Below, one piece after another: positions 49,858 to 59,802 of a DNA stretch of 64,000 nucleotides (its first letter is position 1; each line of letters starts with the position of its first letter). The translations under genes were made by a program, and so were the position numbers. This DNA is from an uncultured bacterium (GTDB lineage Bacteria; Planctomycetota; UBA1135; GCA-002686595): contig CALSNU010000004.1 of assembly GCA_943787795.1 (NCBI GenBank), positions 128,001 to 192,000 of the forward strand, given 5' to 3'. The notes under the pieces were generated by a model. It was not told the origin of the DNA. It searched no databases and saw nothing but the letters and a program-made list of their open reading frames with translations.

Positions 49858-50252
49858 AGAATCCGGGGAGCGCAGGAGTTAGCAACACCCCCTGCACTCC
49901 CCATTCATTCTGACTCTCTCTCCACGGCGGACCGCCGTTGCACGGCGGGCCTCCGCTTCAAGTCTCTCTCTATCTCTCAATCTCTCACGCCTGCAGAAGC
50001 AAGCTCGCCCGGATCCGTGATCGGATCCGCCGGGTGAGGGAGGCCTCGGGTTCTGGATTCCCCATCGAACCCGTCACCTTTCCACCCCCCTCGCCCTGCG
50101 AACCAGGATCGAGGATCTCGCGCGGCGCGAGCACCAGGTCCGCAGCCCGAGCCGTCCACCGAGTGGACCGCGCAGGCGACACCCTGACCCTGAGCAGCTC
50201 AGCGCGACTCACGAGGCAGAGGCCGTGAAGGTGGGATTGGTGACTCGTCACG
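49858..50252 (-). ncRNA. Putative sigma54-dependent structured non-coding RNA
   Basis: Downstream of a -24/-12 promoter; at least 6 hairpins, AG-repeat tracts, terminal 14-bp stem with G-U pairs on this strand; no credible CDS. Confidence 0.5.
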
Positions 50253-50262
50253 CTCCACTGGA

Positions 50263-50278
50263 AGCAAACGGCGTGCCG
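50263..50278 (-). promoter_or_regulatory. Sigma54 (RpoN) -24/-12 promoter
   Basis: CGGCACGCCGTTTGCT, exact GG-N10-GC spacing, near consensus YTGGCACG-N4-TTGCW; adjacent to an EBP gene. Confidence 0.85.
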
Positions 50279-50344
50279 CCCGACAGATACAACCTAAACC
50301 ACTACCAGTAAGCGACATAGCAACCCTTTAATGAACCCCTGATG

Positions 50345-50388
50345 CTACATAAGCGTAGGCTTGCCCGCCTGGGCCTACATCGACGTAG
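50345..50388. promoter_or_regulatory. Tandem enhancer (UAS) palindromes CTAC-N6-GTAG x2
   Basis: CTACATAAGCGTAG (50345-50358) and CTACATCGACGTAG (50375-50388), 30 bp apart, about -93 to -136 from the predicted TSS. Confidence 0.75.
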
Positions 50389-50427
50389 GATGCGTTCTCC
50401 GCGAGCTCCTCCAGCCCCCTGCCCACC

Positions 50428-51951
<1,524 letters not shown>

Positions 51952-51995
51952 CCACAATCCGCCCCAGGCGTTACCCCAGGCGATACCCTGGGTGA

Positions 51996-54900
51996 ATGCC
52001 CTTCGTGACCTCGCTCCTCGCCGCGCTGACACTCTCCGTGGCTGCGCCGAGCGATGAGCCCGTCAGCTTCAGCCGGCAGGTCCGCCCGCTGCTCGCCGAC
52101 CGCTGCTTCCCATGTCACGGTCCGGACGCCGGGACGCGCGAGGCCGACCTGCGACTGGATCGGCGCCCATCGGCCATCGCCGACCGCGACGGATTCAGGA
52201 CCATCGACACGGCCGCGCCGGAGGACAGCGAGCTGCTGCTCCGCGTTCGAGATGACCTGGACCCGATGCCCCCCGGCCCGGAGCACGCGCCGCTCGCCGA
52301 GGCCGAGATCATGCTCCTCGAGCGGTGGATCAGGGAGGGGGCGACCTACGACGAGCACTGGGCGTATCAGCCGCGAGGCCTGGCCGAGCCCCCCGCCCTT
52401 GACGAGACCTCGCCCCAGGCCGACTGGATCCAGGGCGACATCGACCGGTGGATCCTGCACGGCCTTGACGGGGCCGGGCTGGCGCCCGCCCCTCGCGCGG
52501 AGGCCCGCAGCCTCGTCCGCAGGGTCTCCTTTGACCTGCTCGGGCTCCCCCCCACCCAGGCCCAGGTGGAGGCCTTCGCCCGCAAGCCCGACCAGGACGC
52601 CTTCGAGGCGCTGGTAGATGAGCTGCTCGCCTCGCCCCACCACGCCGAGCGCCTGACGACCTTCTGGTTCGACCTGGTTCGCTTCGCGGACACCACTGGC
52701 ATCCACGCGGACAACCGCTGGAACATCACGCCTTACCGGGACTGGGTCATCGAGGCCTTCGCGTCGAACATGCCCTTCGACCAGTTCACGGTGGAGCAGA
52801 TCGCGGGCGACCTGCTCCCGGACGCGAGCCGCTCCCAGCGAGTCGCCGCCGCCTACAACCGACTGAACCTCATCACCCGCGAGGGGGGCTCCCAGCCCAA
52901 GGAGTTCCTCGCCCGCTACACCGCCGATCGCGTTCGCAACGTCACCGAGGTCTGGCTCGCCTCCACCGTCGGCTGCGCGGAGTGTCACGACCACAAGTTC
53001 GACCCCTTCTCCGCGAAGGAGTTCTACGAGCTGGGCGCCTTCTTCGCTGACATCGAGCAGGTCGGCGTCTACCTCTCCGGCAACAACACCTTCCCCCCCG
53101 AGCTGGAGGTTCCCTCGGCGGACCAGGAGCGACGGATGGGCGAGCTCACCTCCGCCCTCGCCGCCGTCGAGGCCGCCCTCGCCGCGCAGACCCCGGAGCT
53201 CGCCGCGGACCGGGCGGCGTTCATCGACGAGCTGGCCGAGAGCACCTGGGTCACCCCGGCGGAGCTCGAGGTGCGCTCGGCGGCTGGCCGGACCTTCGAG
53301 GGTGACGCGGCGGGTGCGTGGCGCTCTCGCCCGGACGGAGACGACAAGGACACCTTCACCGCGCGGTTCCCGACGCCCGCCGCGCCGGTCCGCTCCATCC
53401 GGCTCGAGCTCCTCGCGGACGACGCGCTCCCGAACCAGGGCCCGGGGCTCGCCTCCAACGGCAACCTCGTGCTCACCGAGTTGACGGTGCGAGTCGACGG
53501 GGAGGCTGTCCCCATCGCGGCGGCCCGCGCCTCCTTCGAACAGCCCGGCTACCCGGTGGCCAAGGCCCATGACGGGGAACTGGGACGCGGCGGGTGGGCC
53601 GTGATGCGCGCCCAGGGCGGGGCCCCGGCGGAGGCCATCTTCGACCTCGCCCGGCCCCTGGGCGGCCCCGGAGCCGGCGTGGTCGAGGTGGAGCTGGCCC
53701 AGGTCCATGGCGGCCGGCACCTGCTGGGCCGCTGGCGCCTGTCGGTGGGGACGGAGGTGGACAGCCCCGCGCTCGCGCCGCGCCTCCGGACGCTCCTCGC
53801 CCTCGCCGAGGGGGACCGCCCAGAGGGGACGGCGGAGGAGACCGAAGCGGAGCTGGACCACCTTCACCGCGCGCACTGCGCGCTCCTGGCCGACGACCGG
53901 GAAGAGAAGGCACGCCTCGAGGGCGAGATCATGGCCCTCCAGGGTCAGATCCCCCTCGTCATGGAGACCCGCGCCGTCGACCCCATGGTCACCCGGGTGC
54001 TGGCCCGCGGCGACTGGATGGACGAGACCGGCGAGGTCGTGCAGCCCGGTGTCCCGGCCGCCCTCGGCGTGATTGCGGTCGAGGGCCGACGCCCCACCCG
54101 CCTCGATCTCGCGAGATGGTTGGTGAACGGAGAGAACCCCCTCGTCGCCCGAGTGCTCGTGAACCGTGTCTGGCGGCTCTTCATGGGCCGCGGGATCGTG
54201 GAGACCCTGGATGACTTCGGGGTCCAGGGCACCTCCCCCACCCACCCCGAGCTCCTCGACCACCTGGCCACGCGGCTGGTGGACTCCGGGTGGGACCTGC
54301 GCGCCCTGATCCGGGACATCGTCACCTCCAGCGCCTACCAGCAGACGTCCGCGGTCCCGGACCCGTCGGTGGCCCGCGAGGAGCAGTTCGGATTGCAGCT
54401 CCGGCACCGGCTCGACGCGGAATTCATCCGTGACGGAGCGCTCGCGGCCAGCGGGCTCCTGCAGCGCGACGTCGGCGGGCCGAGCGTCCGCCCCTACCAG
54501 CCCGTCGGCTACTGGTCGCACCTCAACTTCCCCCGCCGGACGTATCGCCCCTCGGAAGGCAACGCCCTCCACCGGCGCGCGCTCTACGGACACTGGCAGC
54601 GCCAGTTCGTTCACCCGAGCCTCGCGGCCTTCGACGCTCCGAGCCGCGAGCGCTGTACCTCCGAGCGGCCGCGCTCCAACACGCCCCTCGCGGCCCTCGC
54701 GCTGCTGAACGACCCCATCTTCGTGGAGGCCGCCCGCGCCCTCGCCCAGGAGGCCCTCACCGACCCGGCCGAGGAGGACGCCGAGCGACTGACGGCGCTA
54801 TGGGAGCGGGTCCTCCAGCGGGCGCCCGAGGCCTCCGAGTGGGAGGTCCTCCTCGAGCTGCTCGCCGGCCAGCGGGCCACCTTCGCGGAGAACCCCGAGG

Positions 54901-55028
54901 ACGCCGCGGCGCTCATCGCCATCGGCTCGTCGCCCGCCCCTACCGACCTCGCGCCCGCCGAGCTGGCGGCGTGGACCTCCGTGGCCCGCGTGGCCCTCAA
55001 CCTCCACGAGGCGATCGTCAGGGAATGA
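51996..55028 (+). CDS. Planctomycete cytochrome c + DUF1549 + DUF1553 protein
   Basis: CFPCHGPD, LRLD, WIREGA..HWAY, CAECHDHKFDP, PTHPELLD, RSNTPLAALALLND. Confidence 0.93.
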   Translation: MPFVTSLLAALTLSVAAPSDEPVSFSRQVRPLLADRCFPCHGPDAGTREADLRLDRRPSAIADRDGFRTIDTAAPEDSELLLRVRDDLDPMPPGPEHAPLAEAEIMLLERWIREGATYDEHWAYQPRGLAEPPALDETSPQADWIQGDIDRWILHGLDGAGLAPAPRAEARSLVRRVSFDLLGLPPTQAQVEAFARKPDQDAFEALVDELLASPHHAERLTTFWFDLVRFADTTGIHADNRWNITPYRDWVIEAFASNMPFDQFTVEQIAGDLLPDASRSQRVAAAYNRLNLITREGGSQPKEFLARYTADRVRNVTEVWLASTVGCAECHDHKFDPFSAKEFYELGAFFADIEQVGVYLSGNNTFPPELEVPSADQERRMGELTSALAAVEAALAAQTPELAADRAAFIDELAESTWVTPAELEVRSAAGRTFEGDAAGAWRSRPDGDDKDTFTARFPTPAAPVRSIRLELLADDALPNQGPGLASNGNLVLTELTVRVDGEAVPIAAARASFEQPGYPVAKAHDGELGRGGWAVMRAQGGAPAEAIFDLARPLGGPGAGVVEVELAQVHGGRHLLGRWRLSVGTEVDSPALAPRLRTLLALAEGDRPEGTAEETEAELDHLHRAHCALLADDREEKARLEGEIMALQGQIPLVMETRAVDPMVTRVLARGDWMDETGEVVQPGVPAALGVIAVEGRRPTRLDLARWLVNGENPLVARVLVNRVWRLFMGRGIVETLDDFGVQGTSPTHPELLDHLATRLVDSGWDLRALIRDIVTSSAYQQTSAVPDPSVAREEQFGLQLRHRLDAEFIRDGALAASGLLQRDVGGPSVRPYQPVGYWSHLNFPRRTYRPSEGNALHRRALYGHWQRQFVHPSLAAFDAPSRERCTSERPRSNTPLAALALLNDPIFVEAARALAQEALTDPAEEDAERLTALWERVLQRAPEASEWEVLLELLAGQRATFAENPEDAAALIAIGSSPAPTDLAPAELAAWTSVARVALNLHEAIVRE

Positions 55029-56437
55029 GACCGCTCCTCCATCCAGGCCTGATGAACGCGCTCTCCCGCAGGACGTTCCTCACCGGCGCGGCCGCAGGGC
55101 TCGGGCAGGCCGCCCTGGCCTCGTTGAGCGCCGGGACCCAGCAGGGCGCCGGTTCGATCCGGCTCCCGGGCCTCCCCCGGGCCAAGCGGGTCATCCACCT
55201 CTACATGGCGGGCGGCCCCAGTCACCTGGAGACGTTCGACGAGAAGCCCGAGCTCGCCAAGCTCGACGGCGAGCCCATGCCGGAGTCCTACACCGGCGGC
55301 CAGCAGCTGGCGCAGCTCCAGGGGCGCGCGCTCAGGTGCCTCGGCCCGCGCTTCCCCTTCCAGGCCTTCGGGGAGAGCGGCCTCCGCATCTGCGAGAAGT
55401 TCCCGCGCCTCGGCGGCGTGATCGACGAGTTCTGCATCCTGAACTCGCTCGAGACCGACCAGATCAACCACGACCCCGCGCACACCCTCTTCAACACCGG
55501 GACAACGCTGCCCGGGCGGCCCTCCATGGGCTCATGGATCCACTACGGGCTGGGCTCCATGAACGAGAACCTGCCCGCCTTCGTGGTGCTCAGCTCCATC
55601 GGTAAGGGCGGCCAGTCCCAGCCCATCGCCGCCCGCCAGTGGCACTCGGGCTTCCTGCCCTCCCGCTTCCAGGGAGTCGAGCTCCGCTCCGTCGGCGACC
55701 CGGTCCTCTACGTACAGAACCCGGCGGGGGTCGACCGGGCCGGGCAGGGCGACGTGGTGGAGGCGATTGCGAAGCTGAACGGCGCGCGCGCCGCGCGGAG
55801 CGGCGACCCCGAGGCGGCGGCCCGCACGGCCCAGTACGAGCTCGCCTTCCGCATGCAAGCCGCGGTCCCCGAGCTCGTGGACCTCTCCGGCGAACCCCAG
55901 GAGGTGCTCGACCTGTACGGCACCGAGGGCCGCGACGGGTCCTACGCCAGCAACTGCCTCATGGCCCGCCGCATGGCTGAGCGGGGCGTGCGGTTCATCC
56001 AGGTGTACCACCGGGGCTGGGATCACCACGGCGGCGTGCAGCGCTCCATGGAGATCACCGCCCGCGAGGTGGACCAGGCGAGCGCCGCGCTCGTCACCGA
56101 CCTCAAGCGGCGCGGCCTGCTGGAGGACACGCTGATCCTCTTCGGCGGTGAGTTCGGCCGCACCCCCATGGGCCAGGGCGACGGCAGGGACCACCACATC
56201 CGCGGCTTCTCCTACCTCATGGCCGGCGCCGGCATCCCCGGGGGCCGCCGCTACGGAGCGACCGATCCCCTCGGCTACGCCGCCGTGGAGGACGTCGTCC
56301 ACGTCCGCGACCTCCACGCCACGGTGCTGCACTTGCTCGGCCTGGACCATGAGCGGCTCAGCTACGACTTCCGCGGCCTCGACCTGCGCCTGACGAGCGT
56401 GGAGCCCGCCCGCGTCCTCCACGACGTCATCAGCTGA
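55025..56437 (+). CDS. DUF1501 domain protein (Tat signal)
   Basis: SRRTFL Tat motif, AKRVIHLYMAGGPSHLETFD, GWDHH, GGEFGRTP, GRDHH. Confidence 0.93.
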   Translation: MRPLLHPGLMNALSRRTFLTGAAAGLGQAALASLSAGTQQGAGSIRLPGLPRAKRVIHLYMAGGPSHLETFDEKPELAKLDGEPMPESYTGGQQLAQLQGRALRCLGPRFPFQAFGESGLRICEKFPRLGGVIDEFCILNSLETDQINHDPAHTLFNTGTTLPGRPSMGSWIHYGLGSMNENLPAFVVLSSIGKGGQSQPIAARQWHSGFLPSRFQGVELRSVGDPVLYVQNPAGVDRAGQGDVVEAIAKLNGARAARSGDPEAAARTAQYELAFRMQAAVPELVDLSGEPQEVLDLYGTEGRDGSYASNCLMARRMAERGVRFIQVYHRGWDHHGGVQRSMEITAREVDQASAALVTDLKRRGLLEDTLILFGGEFGRTPMGQGDGRDHHIRGFSYLMAGAGIPGGRRYGATDPLGYAAVEDVVHVRDLHATVLHLLGLDHERLSYDFRGLDLRLTSVEPARVLHDVIS

Positions 56438-56564
56438 GGCGGCCTCCCGTAGGGGTCCACCGTCGGGGCGCCACAGGGAAGCCAAAAGACGAATCCTCAG
56501 GGATCGACCCCAGGCGCTAGCTTGTGGGCTCCCACACGGCCCCGAGGATCCCTTCCCACCATCG

Positions 56565-58241
56565 ATGAAGCTCCCCATCTCCCTCGCCTCGACCCTCCTG
56601 CTCGCCTCCTGCCAGTTCGGGGCCGGGACCCTCGAGGCCCCCGTCTCCGACCACCTCGACGTGGACGCCCCGAGGGCGCAGCGGTTCGAGGAGATCGGCG
56701 CCTATCGCCGACCGGTGACAACCTCCTCTGACGAGGCCCAGCGGTACTTCGACCAGGGGCTCGCGTGGATGTACAGCTTCAACCATGACGAGGCGATCCG
56801 CTCATTCGCCAAGGCGGCCGAGCTCGACCCGGACTGCGCCATGGCCTGGTGGGGCATCTCGATCTGCGAGGGGCCGAACTACAACGATCCGGTCATGACC
56901 GACGAACGCTCGGGCGCCGCGTGGTCCGCGCTGAAGGAGGCCGAGGCCCGCGTGGATCACACGAGCCCCGTGGAGCGCGGTCTGATCGAGGCGCTCGCCG
57001 CGCGCTACACGTTCCCCTGGCCCGAGGATCGGACGGCACTCAACGAGGCGTACGCCGCGGCCATGGAGGCGCTCCTCGCCCGGTTCCCCGACGACCCCGA
57101 GGTCGGGACGCTGTACGGCGAGTCGCTCATGGTCCTGCGGCCCTGGCAGCTCTACACCATCGACCGCTTGCCCGAGGCGGACACCGCCAAGATCACCGCT
57201 TCTCTCGAGGCCGTGCTGGAGAAGCACCCGAACAACCCGGGCGCGAACCACCTCTACATTCACGCCATCGAGCCGAGTCTCGAGCCAGAGCGAGCGCTCG
57301 CCGCGGCGGACCGCCTGCGTAACCAGATCCCGGTCTCGGGACACATGAACCACATGCCGTCGCACATCTACGTGCAGACCGGCGACTGGGACAAGTCGAT
57401 CGTCCAGAACCGGGCGGCCATGCGCCGAGACATCATCTACCTGGAGCGCTCCCCCGAGCAGGGCATCCAGCACATGTACATCGTCCACAACGCGCACATG
57501 CTCGCGTACTCAGCGATGATGGTCGGCCAGGAGACCGAAGCCATGGAGGCGGCGCGGTCCATGCTCCCAGGCGTACCGGAGCAGATGCTCCCGGCGGTCG
57601 CGGACTTCGTGGACCTCTGGATGAGCTCGGTCTACGACGTGCAGAAGCGCTTCGGACGCTGGGACGCGATCCTCGCCGAGCCCGCGCCCCCCGAGGCCCT
57701 GCCGATCACCACGGCGATCTGGCGCGCACACCGGGCCATCGCCTTCGCGGCCAAGCAAGAGTTCGATGACGCGGAGGCTGAATACGAGCGCTTCAAGACC
57801 GCCCGCGACGCGGTCCCCGAGGACAAGATGTCTGGCTCTGACGCGGCCCGTCGGATCCTCGAGGTCAGCGACCACTTCATCCGCGGCGAGATCGCACTGC
57901 AGCGCGGCCAGTGGGATCGCGCGATCGCCGCGCTCGAGCAGGCCGTGGAGGTCGAGGACTCCCTCAGCTACGGCGAGCCTCCCCAGTGGCTCCAGCCCAC
58001 CCGCCACACCCTCGGCGCCGTCCTCCTGAAGGCGGGCCGACCGGCCGACGCCGAGGCCGTCTACCTGGAGGACCTAGAGCGGTGGCCTGGGAACGGCTGG
58101 TCGCTCCAGGGGCTCTCCCGCTCCCTGCGCGCGCAGGGCAAGCTCGACGCCGCCGCCGCGGCGGAGGCGCGGTACGAGGAGGCCTGGAAGGGCGCAGACC
58201 GCCCGGTGACGTCCAGCTGCCTCTGTCTCCCGGACGCCTGA
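56565..58241 (+). CDS. TPR-repeat lipoprotein
   Basis: LASC lipobox; AQRYFDQGL...FNHDEAIRSF, GANHLYIH, HMPSHIY, PGNGWSL. Confidence 0.85.
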   Translation: MKLPISLASTLLLASCQFGAGTLEAPVSDHLDVDAPRAQRFEEIGAYRRPVTTSSDEAQRYFDQGLAWMYSFNHDEAIRSFAKAAELDPDCAMAWWGISICEGPNYNDPVMTDERSGAAWSALKEAEARVDHTSPVERGLIEALAARYTFPWPEDRTALNEAYAAAMEALLARFPDDPEVGTLYGESLMVLRPWQLYTIDRLPEADTAKITASLEAVLEKHPNNPGANHLYIHAIEPSLEPERALAAADRLRNQIPVSGHMNHMPSHIYVQTGDWDKSIVQNRAAMRRDIIYLERSPEQGIQHMYIVHNAHMLAYSAMMVGQETEAMEAARSMLPGVPEQMLPAVADFVDLWMSSVYDVQKRFGRWDAILAEPAPPEALPITTAIWRAHRAIAFAAKQEFDDAEAEYERFKTARDAVPEDKMSGSDAARRILEVSDHFIRGEIALQRGQWDRAIAALEQAVEVEDSLSYGEPPQWLQPTRHTLGAVLLKAGRPADAEAVYLEDLERWPGNGWSLQGLSRSLRAQGKLDAAAAAEARYEEAWKGADRPVTSSCLCLPDA

Positions 58242-58969
58242 TGCGCGCGATCTGGTCCGCCATCTCCGTCGCAGCCCTCGCCAGCTGCCAGTTCGGCGCT
58301 CGCCCGGCGCTCCCGCTTCCTCCCCCCCCCGTGATCCCGGAGGGAGAGGACCCCACGCGGTGGTCTGCGGCCCTCGAGGCGTTCGATCAGGAGGCGGTGG
58401 ACCTGGACCGCCCCGTGGTCTTTGTAGGGAGCTCGAGCATTCGCCTCTGGTCGACCCTGGAGGACGACATGGCCCCGGTGCCCGTGCTCAACCGGGGCTA
58501 CGGCGGCTCGAAGATCTTCGACACGATCTACTGGGCGGATCGGCTCGTCGCCCGACACGACCCGACGGTGATCGTGGCGTTCACCGGGACCAACGACATC
58601 AAGGGTGACTCTCCCCGAACCGCAGAGTGGGTCGCCGACCGCTTCGATGAGCTTGTGGCGAGGTTCCGCGCGCTCGGGTGTGACGCGCCCCTCGTCTACA
58701 TCGCCATCAGCCCCACACCGAGCCGCGCCGAGCACCTCGCCGTCGTGCTCGAGACGAACCGCATGATCCGCGAGCGTTGTTCGCTGGATGACGATCTTCA
58801 CTTCGTGGACACCGCGAGTCCGCTGCTCGACGCCGAAGGCCAGCCTGACCCAAGCTGGTTCGTGAAGGACCGGCTGCACCTGAACGCGGAGGGCTACGCC
58901 GCGTGGACGGCAGAGATTGGTCCCGTCGTTCACCGCCTCGACACGGTCGAGCGAGTCGGCGGGCGGTAG
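58241..58969 (+). CDS. GDSL/SGNH-like lipoprotein
   Basis: LASC lipobox, FVGSSSIRLW, NRGYGGS, GTND, DRLHLN. Confidence 0.88.
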   Translation: MRAIWSAISVAALASCQFGARPALPLPPPPVIPEGEDPTRWSAALEAFDQEAVDLDRPVVFVGSSSIRLWSTLEDDMAPVPVLNRGYGGSKIFDTIYWADRLVARHDPTVIVAFTGTNDIKGDSPRTAEWVADRFDELVARFRALGCDAPLVYIAISPTPSRAEHLAVVLETNRMIRERCSLDDDLHFVDTASPLLDAEGQPDPSWFVKDRLHLNAEGYAAWTAEIGPVVHRLDTVERVGGR

Positions 58970-58977
58970 GGATCCTG

Positions 58978-59151
58978 GCGGCAGAGAACCCAGCGGAAGA
59001 GAACCCAGCGGCAGAGAACCCAGCGGCAGAGAACCCAGCGGCAGAGAACCCAGGGGCAGGTACCCCAGCGGCAGAGCCACTAGCCGCAGAGCCCCTAGCG
59101 GCAGAGCTCCTTGCGGCAGAATTCCTAGCGGCAGAATTCCTAGCGGCAGAG
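58978..59151. repeat. 15-bp tandem array, ~11-12 copies (GCGGCAGAGAACCCA)
   Basis: Contiguous units without spacers, diverging progressively toward 59150. Confidence 0.9.
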
Positions 59152-59802
59152 CGCGGGGGGGACCTCGAGGACGGCGGGTGGGCGTCACCGCGGAAGAGCC
59201 GATCGGTCGCCGAGACGGGGATGATCTGGAGTCCGGTGAATTCTCCGAAGGCTGGAAGAACCATGCCGTCCGCCCGCGCCCAGAAGACCGGGAGGCGAGC
59301 GCTGTCCGCGCGGTCCACGAGCCGCACCCCGGGGTGGACGTGCCCCGCGACGAACGGCCCCTCCCCCCCCGGGTGGTGTCGATAGATCAACCCTCCAGAG
59401 GCCAGTGGCTCCGCGACGGAGACGAGGTCCAGCCGCTCGATGAGGTCGGCGGCGTGGCGATCGTGATTGCCCCGCACGAGGGTCACCTCGACCTCCCCGC
59501 TGCGCCGCGAGCCAACCGCTGAAGGTCCGAGCCGTCGGGCTCTCGAGCTCGATCTCATCGTGGAAGAGGTCCCCCAGCAGCGTCAGTCGGCGCGCGCCCA
59601 GCCGGGACACCAGGGCGTCGATGCGCTCCAGCTCACGGCGGGTCGTCCCGGATGGCATGGGCCGCCCCGCCCGCCTGAACGCCGCGGCCTTGCCGATATG
59701 GACATCGGCCAGCAGCAGCTCCCTCTCCTCGGGTCGGAAGGCGGCGCGCTCGGGGCAGAGCACCAGCGCGCGCCCCCCCAGCTGGATCTCGAGGTCGGTC
59801 AC
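59140..59802 (-). pseudogene. pdeM: Ligase-associated DNA damage response endonuclease PdeM (frameshifted as assembled)
   Basis: ADVHIGKA, LGDLFH, then after a shift near 59496 RGNHD, RHHP, GHVHP, LPAFGEFTG; 3' end inferred. Confidence 0.75.

Noticed and set aside
49644..49904. 86-aa minus-strand ORF
   Set aside because: G/P/R-rich and unstructured-looking, starts at the base of a strong hairpin; no family signal
49985..50251. 88-aa ORF as the sigma54 target
   Set aside because: Starts essentially at the predicted TSS with no RBS, R/S/A-rich with no recognisable motif; not fully excluded as a leaderless gene
58978..59151. CRISPR array
   Set aside because: Units are contiguous 15-mers without unique spacers; no cas genes in the window
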